Positions 1-8,531 of a DNA stretch of 64,000 bases are shown here, in pieces. The first letter of the stretch is position 1; the number at the start of each line of letters is the position of its first letter. Under the pieces are notes generated by a model, which ran no database searches, had not been told where the DNA came from, and worked only from the letters and a program-made list of their open reading frames with translations. This DNA is from a virus. The stretch is taken from IMG/VR virus record IMGVR_UViG_3300028024_000003; one strand, 5' to 3'. The translations under genes were made by a program, and so were the position numbers.

Positions 1-127
1 GCACGATGCCGCAGTCGAGGCACACGTGCTTGTCGTAGAGCGAGCTTCGCGGCTGAAAGCCAACGGCCGCGCCCGTGACGAACTTGTGCCCATTTTCGAC
101 GATAGGCGTTTCTTTGACGTCAGCCAT
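1..127 (-). CDS. Hypothetical protein, N-terminal part only (runs off window)
   Basis: Hand translation from ATG at 127: MADVKETPIVENGHKFVTG...HVCLDCGIV; CxxC motif; AT-rich promoter-like region upstream. Confidence 0.55.
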   Translation of the reverse strand, partial: MADVKETPIVENGHKFVTGAAVGFQPRSSLYDKHVCLDCGIV

Positions 128-240
128 GACAGAAAGAGTGGTGATTTATTGATAGTATACTATCAAACACGCAATAAATCAATACAGTTTCGTGAGCAAA
201 AAGAAAAAGGCCGACAAGGAATCCTTGCCAGCCTTTTTGT

Positions 241-813
241 TCAGCTGTGGTATTGGGTACGGCGGTGACGCTTCCAGCCGCGGTCGTCGCGCGCCGCCAC
301 GCAGTAGTCGTCCCAGGCGTTGGGCAGGTGCTTGAGGCTGCGCTTGCCGCGCGGCGCCACTTCGCCCTCCTCCTTCGCCACGTAGGCCGCCTGACGGCGC
401 TCCATCATGCTGTGCGGACGGCGATACCAGTGACGGCCACCGCGTCGGCAGCGCACACCCGGAACCGGACCTTCTCCATTCCAGGTTTCGAGCATGCGGC
501 CCCAGCGATGCCAGCCGCGCCAGCGACGACGCTGGATGAGAGGCTGGAAATCAGCTGCGGTCACGACGCCACCTGCATCGTCGCGCATGATGAATGCGCG
601 TTCGACGTAGATGGGCTCGCGTACCCAAGCGTTACGAACCTGGTCGAAGTGACGCGCGGCGTGGTCGAAAACGCGGAAATGCGCGCCGACGTTGGCGGCA
701 ATCCAGCTCGAACCCAGCGCCTTGAGCGCTTCCTTCAGCGTCCGGTAGACCCAGACTTCGCCGTCACGGTGAAACAGGGTGACGGACGTTTGATACTCGG
801 GGATTTGATGCAA
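241..813 (-). CDS. Hypothetical protein with Arg/Trp-rich C-terminus
   Basis: TTG start with AGGAGG 6 nt upstream; C-terminus RGKRSLKHLPNAWDDY...WKRHRRTQY; TATACT -10 near 886. Confidence 0.7.
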   Translation of the reverse strand: MHQIPEYQTSVTLFHRDGEVWVYRTLKEALKALGSSWIAANVGAHFRVFDHAARHFDQVRNAWVREPIYVERAFIMRDDAGGVVTAADFQPLIQRRRWRGWHRWGRMLETWNGEGPVPGVRCRRGGRHWYRRPHSMMERRQAAYVAKEEGEVAPRGKRSLKHLPNAWDDYCVAARDDRGWKRHRRTQYHS

Positions 814-918
814 TTGAGCCTCCTAGTGAATGGTCACTAGGGAAAGCCCTCCTGCACTGATGAGGTTTTACGTTTCATGAGCAGAGTATAGCATTAAATG
901 CTTTTTATCGCCAGCGAA

Positions 919-1584
919 TCAAAGCTCACCAATCTTCGCGAGATGCGGCCGCGTGTCAAATTCGATGACTTCGCGGATTGACGCGATGGTCTTTGGGCCT
1001 ATGCCCTGCACCTTTTTGAGTTCTTCCGGAGTGGCGCTCAGCACAGCGCCAGCCGAGCCGAAGTGGGCGAGCAGCCGCTTGGCCGCACCCGGCCCGATGC
1101 CCGGCAGGGATTCCACGAGCAACTGAGCCTGCGGGAAACGGTCTTTCGGCTTGGCACCCTGCAGCGCAATCTCATACCCAAGACCGCTCACCGCATGTTT
1201 CTGCATGACCTCCAGCGCATTGGCGGTCTCCTCGACACTCTCGGTTCGAATCACCGAAACCGATTCGAGGACTATCAGCCACGAAAGCGCGCCAGTAATG
1301 GCGGCTGGGGCTATGGCCGACCGGGTCTTATACGGGTTCCCCTCAACGACTACGACGACTTTGGCATAGGTCCGCTTGCAGATTTCAATCTGGCTGAAAA
1401 TCCGCTTGTCGAGAATCGAATTGACGAAGTCCGTTGCGGTTTTGCGCTCGACGACCAGGCCGTCAGCGAGGACGTAATCACCGCATTCGAGCTCTTCGCT
1501 CTGTACCGTGATGCCGCGCGAGCGCAGCAGCTCGCTGAGGCCGCTGCGACTTTCCCGCGAATCGACAATAATTTTCTTTTCCAC
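919..1584 (-). CDS. ERCC4/XPF-family structure-specific nuclease with HhH2 domain
   Basis: IVDSRE, GDY and VERKxxxD catalytic motifs; two HhH motifs LPGIGP and VQGIGP. Confidence 0.9.
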   Translation of the reverse strand: MEKKIIVDSRESRSGLSELLRSRGITVQSEELECGDYVLADGLVVERKTATDFVNSILDKRIFSQIEICKRTYAKVVVVVEGNPYKTRSAIAPAAITGALSWLIVLESVSVIRTESVEETANALEVMQKHAVSGLGYEIALQGAKPKDRFPQAQLLVESLPGIGPGAAKRLLAHFGSAGAVLSATPEELKKVQGIGPKTIASIREVIEFDTRPHLAKIGEL

Positions 1585-1654
1585 GACGCCACTCCGGGAG
1601 GATTACACCTCCGGGATTGTAGCCAGGCGACCTCTTTGCGCCTAGGCGTCTACG

Positions 1655-2626
1655 TCAGGCGCGCATAAACCCTATGCTGCGCGCCTGCTTCGCGTGCGTC
1701 GCCCTGATGTCGTCCGGCCGCAAGCGGGTGCGTTTAGCGTGCACGGCACTCGCCATCGCGTCGGTCAGCTTTTTGCGCATGTCGCGCGGCGCGATTTCCG
1801 AGAACAGGTCGTGAAGCTCGGCCGGCAGGTCAGGCTCGAACGCCCAGTCGAGGTCTGCACGCAGACTGTCGTAGATGCGCTGCGCGATGAAGAACGCCTC
1901 ATCCTCCGTGGGCGCGGGCACTTCGTAGACGGTCATGCGCGAGAGGATGTACTGCGGAATGAGCGACGGGTCGTTGGCCGTCGCCACCCAGACGATGGCC
2001 GATGCGTCCATGGCGACGTCCAGATACTCGTCCTTGAAGTGCTGCGCGGTATCGCGCTCGAGCAACTGCAGCAGTGCACCAAACGGGTCATACCGGCTAT
2101 CGCCGCCCGTCTTGTCCAGTTCGTCGAGCACGTAGAGGGGATTGCCGAATTCACCTTCGATGAGCGATGCGGCAATCTTGCCGTGGCGCGCGCCCTGCCA
2201 GGTTGGCGCGGAACCGCCCAGAACCCAGCCCGCGCTCATGGTGCCCATCGAGAGAAACTGGAACGAGAGCCCCAGCGCGCCGGCGAGCTGCTTCGCGAAA
2301 TGCGTCTTTCCGACTCCCGGGTCTCCGGCGAGGACGATAGGAATCAGCTTGAGCCCGCGCTTGTTCACCGCGGCCAGCTCGATGTGATTGCTGAGGTCGT
2401 CCAGTACGCCGCGGAAGTTCGGACAGGCTTCCATAACCTGCGAGAGCGGCGCGGCGCTGGCCGGCTTGGTGATGAAGCGGTCGGGACCGCGCGTGAGCAT
2501 CTTCTTGTAGACGCGGCGCAGTGAATCGGCAGAGGCCTGCGGGCCGTCACCCAGCTCCGCCATAGCCTTCTCGACTTCTGCGACATTGAAGAGGGTCATC
2601 GACGACCCGATAGCCAGTGAACTCAT
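1655..2626 (-). CDS. Lon-like AAA+ ATPase module without protease domain
   Basis: Walker A GDPGVGKT, Walker B VLDELDK, ALLQLLE, FKDEYLDVAMD, VATAN, ILSRM as in the Lon ATPase module. Confidence 0.85.
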   Translation of the reverse strand: MSSLAIGSSMTLFNVAEVEKAMAELGDGPQASADSLRRVYKKMLTRGPDRFITKPASAAPLSQVMEACPNFRGVLDDLSNHIELAAVNKRGLKLIPIVLAGDPGVGKTHFAKQLAGALGLSFQFLSMGTMSAGWVLGGSAPTWQGARHGKIAASLIEGEFGNPLYVLDELDKTGGDSRYDPFGALLQLLERDTAQHFKDEYLDVAMDASAIVWVATANDPSLIPQYILSRMTVYEVPAPTEDEAFFIAQRIYDSLRADLDWAFEPDLPAELHDLFSEIAPRDMRKKLTDAMASAVHAKRTRLRPDDIRATHAKQARSIGFMRA

Positions 2627-2720
2627 CGCAATTTATCTCACGCTGAAATGCATAAGCGCAGCCGGTTGCTGCGCCTTTAGTATAGCGTTAAAACGAGATT
2701 GGTCTACTGGGTGACAGCAT

Positions 2721-2754
2721 AAGAAAGCCGGTCGCTCTATCGAGGGACCGGCTT
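2721..2754 (-). terminator. Rho-independent terminator
   Basis: gccggtc/gaccggc stem with A-tract on + strand, downstream of the 2775 gene. Confidence 0.7.
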
Positions 2755-2774
2755 GAGACGACGGAGTCGTGCGC

Positions 2775-3062
2775 TTACGTCACCGGCTGCCAGCAGCCGG
2801 TGGATTTGACGCCCAGATACATGCCATGGCTGTGCCAGTGCTCTTCGGCGCCAGCACCATCCTTAACGACACAGAACGGCGTGCCGCTGAGATGCCGAGC
2901 CTGTACCTGGCTGCCCTCCTTGAACACGCTCGTGCCGTCGTCGCGCAGGTCGGCGCTGCGGCCGAGCGGATAAGCGTCGATGGTTTTGACGGGCCGATAG
3001 AGCTTGCCGTCTGTGCGCACGTAGAGTCCATGCGAGTCGCTTTTCACTTTCGTGCTGGGCAT
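2775..3062 (-). CDS. Hypothetical protein
   Basis: ATG at 3062 with GAGGAAAG RBS; own terminator; CTATACC element upstream. Confidence 0.65.
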   Translation of the reverse strand: MPSTKVKSDSHGLYVRTDGKLYRPVKTIDAYPLGRSADLRDDGTSVFKEGSQVQARHLSGTPFCVVKDGAGAEEHWHSHGMYLGVKSTGCWQPVT

Positions 3063-3090
3063 AACTTTCCTCACCTGTGATTGCCTGAAA

Positions 3091-3112
3091 GGTATAGAGC
3101 TCGGGCTATACG
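3091..3112. promoter_or_regulatory. Back-to-back CTATACC (-) and CTATACG (+) elements
   Basis: ggtatag at 3091-3097 and ctatacg at 3106-3112. Confidence 0.5.
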
Positions 3113-3366
3113 AAGTATGCCGATTTCATCCCACGCACATGTCTTCTGCTGACGAAGAAAAACGAAATGCGGATGGCGCTGCCGACCAAAGTTCGCAACC
3201 AACGCCGCAAATCCAGCTCGGTGACGCTCGGCAGGTCAACGAAAATTCAGCTTGCATCCCGTGAAACGCCGGCCGCCGAGCCAGCCAAATCGGAGCGAAC
3301 GATGGAGCGAACCCTCGAGCGACAGCGCTGAGCACTCGGCGCACTTGAGCGTGTGTGACGCGCGCC

Positions 3367-3786
3367 CTACTCGGCGAGGTGGTCCGCGTTGTGCAAGCGC
3401 CGATAGACCAGCCGGTTGTAGATACGCCAGTTCTCCCAGGTCACCCGGACCTGTTCCTTGAAGCACGGCACGCCATACTTTTCGGACAGGTAGAGCGCCA
3501 CCGCGGCAGAACGGCTCTGGCCCAGCGAACAGTGCACAACAAGCTCGGTGCAGCCCTGGTGAAGCTCAACAAAATCGAGCACCTCGCGCGCCTGCGCGTC
3601 GCTGAACACTTCGAGCCCCAGCTGTTCCCCGTCCGTATCGTGAAAGCGTTGCACGAGAACGGCCGCCCACCCATCTTGAGCCGTCAGCGGCTCTTCACTG
3701 CGGTCATGGATGGAAATGAGCACCGCGCCTGGCACTGGCCGGTACGCGGCGGCAACTCTGCGCGGCAGAAAACGGATGTGCTGCAT
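3367..3786 (-). CDS. Protein-tyrosine/dual-specificity phosphatase-like protein
   Basis: HCSLGQSRS (CX5R) active-site motif; LISIHD and RFHD motifs. Confidence 0.8.
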   Translation of the reverse strand: MQHIRFLPRRVAAAYRPVPGAVLISIHDRSEEPLTAQDGWAAVLVQRFHDTDGEQLGLEVFSDAQAREVLDFVELHQGCTELVVHCSLGQSRSAAVALYLSEKYGVPCFKEQVRVTWENWRIYNRLVYRRLHNADHLAE

Positions 3787-3797
3787 GATGTTCGGTG

Positions 3798-4130
3798 CTA
3801 GATGAGCTTGATGGTCAACCAGAGGCGGTCACCGGTCACAACGGACGAGTCCCGCAACGTGTCCGCGGCATACCCCTCGTCGCGCAGGTCACCGACAACA
3901 AGATAGGCGCTGATAACCGCTTCGCGGGGGACCGTCCGTTCGGCAACCAGGAAACGGGTCTCGACGCGAAACGACTCACCCGCCTCGAGCCTCGCGAGCT
4001 CCGCCGTCAGGTGGGCGCGCGTCTTTTCGAGAAGGCCCCGGTAGCAGGCTTCATAGTCGACACCCTGCGCTTTTGCGTGAGCCTCGACAAAGCTGCGCCT
4101 GACGGGGAACCTGGACTCCGGCGGGGTCAT
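3798..4130 (-). CDS. Hypothetical protein
   Basis: ATG at 4130 overlaps the upstream stop (ATGA), suggesting translational coupling. Confidence 0.6.
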   Translation of the reverse strand: MTPPESRFPVRRSFVEAHAKAQGVDYEACYRGLLEKTRAHLTAELARLEAGESFRVETRFLVAERTVPREAVISAYLVVGDLRDEGYAADTLRDSSVVTGDRLWLTIKLI

Positions 4131-4564
4131 GCGGATTTGCCCAGAACGGTGGCGGCCTCGCCCGCTATGGCGTTCGACGCGCGTGTCCAGCCTTCTGCAC
4201 TGCCCGCCCACACGTCGCCTGTCTCCAGGTCGACAGCAACCCACTTCTGCGGGCATCGCGTCGTCAAGGTCAGGGCTTGCGCATCGGCATGCTCGCGAAC
4301 CTGACGGCCGCTCTTGAGCGTGCGCGCAGTCGGCACGACCAGGCGCCAGTGCACGTGGCCTGCCTTCACCAGGCGGCCAGCGCGCTGCAGCTGCTGCATG
4401 AATATGTCGGCGAGCGCCGTCGCGTTGCCCATCGCACGCGGGCGGATGTGCGGATACAGCGTCTCGGCGACGTCCTGCCGGCGAAATGGCTTGTCGCCGC
4501 GCTCTTCGAGGAACCGGTCGACAATGCGCTGATGGGCGACGCTTACCTGCCTGGTGTTTGCCAC
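4127..4564 (-). CDS. Hypothetical protein, possible winged-helix N-terminus
   Basis: Operonic ORF; FRRQDVA...LQRAGRLVKAGHVHW resembles wHTH. Confidence 0.6.
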   Translation of the reverse strand: MANTRQVSVAHQRIVDRFLEERGDKPFRRQDVAETLYPHIRPRAMGNATALADIFMQQLQRAGRLVKAGHVHWRLVVPTARTLKSGRQVREHADAQALTLTTRCPQKWVAVDLETGDVWAGSAEGWTRASNAIAGEAATVLGKSA

Positions 4565-4591
4565 GATAATCCCGTACGAATGCGATTCGGT

Positions 4592-5614
4592 TTAGACACT
4601 CTTGAGCAGGTCCGGATTGCTCTTGAGCAGCTTGAGCACTTTCGGGTCGAGTCGCTTGAGCGCGTCGACCGCGGACGCCTGTGCGGTGGCTTCGGCCTTC
4701 TCGCGCAGTGCGACCTTTTCCGCCTCGATGGCCTTGTTGCGTGCCACGAGACCCTTCACCAGGTCGTTGACGATGCGCTGGGCGACTGCGTCCGGCGTAT
4801 CGTCGGGGCCGACCACGACCGGCGTCGCTGCCTGCTTGAGCAAGTTGGCCAGGCTCGGCTGCGATTCCGTGCTCAGAAACGACGTGCCTGCGAGCGCCGC
4901 GATGTCGGGTTGGCGCAGCAGCGCATCTGCGTTCATTACCACCTGGGTCACGAACATGCCTTCAGCCCTCACCACTGGTGCGCGGGTACGCACAGCGGTC
5001 GACGCCTTGCGGCGGCGCGGTGCCGGCCCCGCGCCTGCCATGTAGGTAGGACACAGCTTGAGCAGCGTCGTCTCCAGCTTTTCGCGCCCTTGCTGGCTGC
5101 CGTTCACGCGGGCGAGGCTCGTGTTTTCAATCGTGGCCGCCCCGATGTCCAGCCCGAGATGCATGAGCGGCGACAGCCAGTTCGTGTTTCGCACAGCACT
5201 GGTGAACGCGTGGAGGACGAGCGCGCGCTGGGTCTGGTCGAGTTTCATTTTCTGCGTGCTTTCGCGCGTCACGGCTTCTGCCGCGTTGAGCACATCGCGC
5301 ACGTCAGACGTGCGGGCCTTCTTCGCTGTCGAGTAGATGCGATGCGGCGAATCCGGAGTCAGCAGCGCCTTGACGTTGAGCAACTGCACCATCGAGTCTC
5401 GCAGTGCAGCGTCGAGCTCGGCGATGACCGCCGGCGCGCGAACTCCCTGCTCCGTTTCGCCAGCAAGCACCGCGAGCACGACCTGCTCATCGAGGCCGGA
5501 GCGCAGCTTGGCCAGGCGCTTGCCAAACGGCTTTGAGGAGTTGCCCAAGGGCGTGAGCAGCTTGATAAGCTGGCCGACCCGGATGGCGGTGTCGAGTGTT
5601 TCTTTTTTCATCAT
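4592..5614 (-). CDS. Hypothetical helical protein (340 aa)
   Basis: Long ORF with typical codon usage and RBS, co-oriented with neighbours. Confidence 0.75.
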   Translation of the reverse strand: MMKKETLDTAIRVGQLIKLLTPLGNSSKPFGKRLAKLRSGLDEQVVLAVLAGETEQGVRAPAVIAELDAALRDSMVQLLNVKALLTPDSPHRIYSTAKKARTSDVRDVLNAAEAVTRESTQKMKLDQTQRALVLHAFTSAVRNTNWLSPLMHLGLDIGAATIENTSLARVNGSQQGREKLETTLLKLCPTYMAGAGPAPRRRKASTAVRTRAPVVRAEGMFVTQVVMNADALLRQPDIAALAGTSFLSTESQPSLANLLKQAATPVVVGPDDTPDAVAQRIVNDLVKGLVARNKAIEAEKVALREKAEATAQASAVDALKRLDPKVLKLLKSNPDLLKSV

Positions 5615-5650
5615 TGTTCCTTCGATACATCCGCAGCCGTCGTTGGCCGC

Positions 5651-5875
5651 TTATCGGGCTGCCAGCACCTTGTTGGCGCTGAAGCACCGTTGTCCGTATG
5701 CTGTGACCGCGTACCGGCGGTCTTCCTTGCGCTCCAGCATGCCCGCCGTCGTCATGCGCTCGGCAAGCCTGAACTCACTGGCGACAAACCGGTACCGCGG
5801 GGTCTGCCTGATGACGCTAATAATCGCCCAATAGCTGGGCGGCAAAGGCCGGTCCTGTTGCTTGCTCTGGCGCAT
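5651..5875 (-). CDS. Small hypothetical protein
   Basis: GGAG RBS; fills the gap between nrtR and the 340-aa ORF. Confidence 0.55.
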   Translation of the reverse strand: MRQSKQQDRPLPPSYWAIISVIRQTPRYRFVASEFRLAERMTTAGMLERKEDRRYAVTAYGQRCFSANKVLAAR

Positions 5876-5902
5876 TTCAAATCTCCTACGCAGGCGCGCG
5901 GC

Positions 5903-6577
5903 TCAGTAAAGCTCGCGGGCGAAGTAGGCAATGTCCTGCTTGAGCCGGAAGGCTGACGCGGGTCGACCGCCGCTGAACAGCGTACTGTCCAGCTCATCCA
6001 GCACATTTTCCTTCATGATTTTCGTGCGGAAGTTCGCCGCGTTACACGCCTTCTGGCGAACGGCTTCATAGACCAGCCGCAGGTCGTTCAACGGAAATTC
6101 TTCCGGCAGGAAGTGCGCGACAATCGTCGAATATGCTGCCTTGTTGCGCAGACGCTCGACCGCCATCATGGTGAGCTTCCGGTGGTCCAGCGCCATGTCC
6201 GCGGGCAGGTGCGCACCGTCATCCTCGACGTCAAAGAGTTTCATGCCCCGACTCTCCACCAGCTCCGCCAGAACCTCGGGCGAATTCAGCGCGAGATGCA
6301 CAACGGTGGCCGACCAGCGGCGCGGGTCTCGCGTCGCACCGCCTTCCGTCGCAACCTGCTCGATGTAGCGAGGCTCGAAGTCGAGCTTGGTACGAAGCGT
6401 GCGCAACGCGGCCGCGGTGATGTCGGCATCCTCGTTGGTGTGGATTTGACCGCCCACCAGACACCATTTGCCTGCATCGGGCTCTTTCTCGCGCGGATAC
6501 AGCGCCACCTGAAGGCGGCCGTCAATCATCGTCATCAAGACGATGTCAACAAACAAATCTGGGCGTTCGTATTGCAT
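5903..6577 (-). CDS. nrtR: NrtR-family NUDIX-wHTH regulator of NAD metabolism
   Basis: VDIVLMT...WCLVGG degenerate NUDIX fold; C-terminal ANFRTKI...GGRPASAF wHTH; next to NAD genes. Confidence 0.85.
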   Translation of the reverse strand: MQYERPDLFVDIVLMTMIDGRLQVALYPREKEPDAGKWCLVGGQIHTNEDADITAAALRTLRTKLDFEPRYIEQVATEGGATRDPRRWSATVVHLALNSPEVLAELVESRGMKLFDVEDDGAHLPADMALDHRKLTMMAVERLRNKAAYSTIVAHFLPEEFPLNDLRLVYEAVRQKACNAANFRTKIMKENVLDELDSTLFSGGRPASAFRLKQDIAYFARELY

Positions 6578-6589
6578 GGAAACCTCTCG

Positions 6590-6632
6590 TACACTGTTTC
6601 AACAGTATATCAAACTTCGTCGTAATTTGCAA
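6590..6632 (-). promoter_or_regulatory. Sigma70 promoter of nrtR with overlapping palindrome
   Basis: TTGCAA-17 nt-TATACT; inverted repeat ACTGTT-TC-AACAGT at 6593-6606 overlaps the -10. Confidence 0.7.
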
Positions 6633-6665
6633 TTAACAACTGAGATGGCAAGTGCAGCTCTGCGC

Positions 6666-6692
6666 AAAGAAAACCCCCGCTCAGCGGGGGTT
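6666..6692 (-). terminator. Rho-independent terminator after NAMPT-like gene
   Basis: cccccgc/gcggggg stem plus U-tract on - strand. Confidence 0.8.
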
Positions 6693-6712
6693 CCATTGGT
6701 GCAGCTTGACGG

Positions 6713-8434
6713 TTAGACCGCGAATTCGATGGTGCCCGGTTCCGGGCAAACCCACGACGACAGGAGACGTTCGCGGATGACGGCCCACTTTTCATCGACG
6801 AGCAGCTGGCTGTTGCGGAACACCGGCTTCAGTTCGCCCTGGTCGAACTGTTCGCGCGATTGACGGTCGTAGAGCACGAAGTCATCGCCTTCCTTCTCGA
6901 CGCGCAGCAGACCGACCGCCGACTTCTTGGTGCCATCGTCCGTTGCCGGGTCCTTGTAGATTTCGACAACTTCGTCGCCGACTTCTGCGTATTGCGCCTT
7001 CATCGCCCAGGCGAACGAGTCGCGGGTGATGCACTGGTACGTAAATGAACCGATACCGAACACGACGTTGCCCGATGCGAAACCCTTTGCAGCCAGGCGG
7101 GACAGGATGGCGATGGCGCGGTCCAGCGTAATCGAGTCGCCGTAGATGAGGCCAATGTGCGGGTCGAGCAGCTTGTGGCCCGTGCTCGTAACCGAGCCGC
7201 CGAACGAATCCCACAGGCATGCGACCGAGCCCTTGCGCTCAGCTTCCGTGATGCGCGTGCCGTCCAGCGCCGTGTAGCGGCCGTCGCTGAACATCGGCTG
7301 GCCTTCGGCGTCGCACACCAGTTCCTTGTCGAAGTAACCCGTCAGAATCTTGATGGGGTCACCGCTGTCCGGGCGGGCCACGACCTTCGCGTTGCCCAGC
7401 TCATCCGGCTTGCGGGACATGATGACGTCCTTCAGGCTCGGCAGGATGTCCGTGATGACATTCCAGTAGTCGAAGCTGTCCGCGACGATGCTGATGATGC
7501 CGGACGGCACCAGCTCGGCGATAAGTTCGCGAATGACTTCGAATTCAGCCATCTTGCGCAGTGCCTTCTCGTCCTTGCCAGCGTTGGCCGGGTCGCGGCG
7601 CAGACGTTGCGTGACGAGCAGGATGCGAAGTGTCATGACGCTGTGTTCGGTCGCCGGAACCGAGCCGCCGATGAGTTCTTCGTCCGAGTTCGCGCCGTAG
7701 TAGTCTTCGACGTAGTCGATGGCCGGAATGGTATCCGTACCCCAGAACGAGAGCAGGTGGCCGCTGCCGCTACGCGCCGCGTCGTGCACGCCACTCATGC
7801 CGCGCATCGAGAAGTCGTGACCTTGCCAGTTGACGAAGTCAATAGGCGAACCCGTCAGCTTCGCGAAGTACGTGAGCACCTTGCGGAATTCGAACGCGAT
7901 GGTCGCAACCGTCGACGGCTTCCACATTTCCGTGCTGAAGAGCGTCTCGAAGTAGGTCGACACCCACGCGAATGCATCATTCGTGTTGATAAAGACGACC
8001 GGCGGAACTTTGATATTCACGCGGCTGCCCTCAGGCACCGAGCGGATTTCGAGCGGCAGGTAGCCCAGGTCGTGCAGCTTTTCAACCTGCGTCATGGCGA
8101 CCTTGCCTGCGCCTAGCGCCGAGTCCACGCGACGCTTGAACTTGCGCACCGCCTGCTCCTTCGACATCGCGAAAAAGTCGGCGTTGAACTTGTCAATGAG
8201 AAATTCCTTGATGAAGCCCTTCAGGCCGTGCCACACGACCTTCTTGTCGTAGAACGGCGAGTGGCGCACCGGCGCATACTTGTCGCCGCGCGGCGTGAAC
8301 GTAGCAGCGATGGTCTTCGTTTCCGCCGGATACATGCCCGGATGGCCCGTCTTGTAGAAGTCAGCGAGGTTCATCGGAATCGTGCCGTTCTTGAGGACGG
8401 CGGGGATAGCGGCATTTGCGTACGGTGCGTTCAT
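6713..8434 (-). CDS. nadV: Nicotinamide phosphoribosyltransferase family (NadV, or phage Namat-like)
   Basis: DFYKTGH, HDFSMRG, SVPATEHS, RPDSGDP, LIYGDSIT, FGIGS, KDPATDDGTKKS motifs. Confidence 0.92.
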   Translation of the reverse strand: MNAPYANAAIPAVLKNGTIPMNLADFYKTGHPGMYPAETKTIAATFTPRGDKYAPVRHSPFYDKKVVWHGLKGFIKEFLIDKFNADFFAMSKEQAVRKFKRRVDSALGAGKVAMTQVEKLHDLGYLPLEIRSVPEGSRVNIKVPPVVFINTNDAFAWVSTYFETLFSTEMWKPSTVATIAFEFRKVLTYFAKLTGSPIDFVNWQGHDFSMRGMSGVHDAARSGSGHLLSFWGTDTIPAIDYVEDYYGANSDEELIGGSVPATEHSVMTLRILLVTQRLRRDPANAGKDEKALRKMAEFEVIRELIAELVPSGIISIVADSFDYWNVITDILPSLKDVIMSRKPDELGNAKVVARPDSGDPIKILTGYFDKELVCDAEGQPMFSDGRYTALDGTRITEAERKGSVACLWDSFGGSVTSTGHKLLDPHIGLIYGDSITLDRAIAILSRLAAKGFASGNVVFGIGSFTYQCITRDSFAWAMKAQYAEVGDEVVEIYKDPATDDGTKKSAVGLLRVEKEGDDFVLYDRQSREQFDQGELKPVFRNSQLLVDEKWAVIRERLLSSWVCPEPGTIEFAV

Positions 8435-8474
8435 GGTCTACTCTTCTTGAAGTGGTTATTGGCGGCGTTTGGTG

Positions 8475-8523
8475 TTAGTCGCGATTTACGACAAAGTATA
8501 GCACTAAATCGCGCGATGACCAA
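8475..8523 (-). promoter_or_regulatory. Promoter of NAMPT-like gene with shared 15-bp motif
   Basis: TTGGTC-17 nt-TATACT followed by GTAAATCGCGACTAA (8475-8489, - strand). Confidence 0.6.
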
Positions 8524-8531
8524 GCGTTTTC

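Noticed and set aside
836-870. GAAA and CTGATGA close together, resembling a hammerhead ribozyme core
   Set aside because: Stems II and III cannot be formed (no C before GAAA, no hairpin before the cleavage triplet).
3798-4256. ORF-track start at 4256
   Set aside because: It would overlap the upstream gene by 130 nt; the ATGA-coupled start at 4130 is more plausible.
6594-6605. CTGT...ACAG as a LexA/SOS box
   Set aside because: The spacer is 4 nt rather than the 8 nt required; kept only as a generic palindrome.
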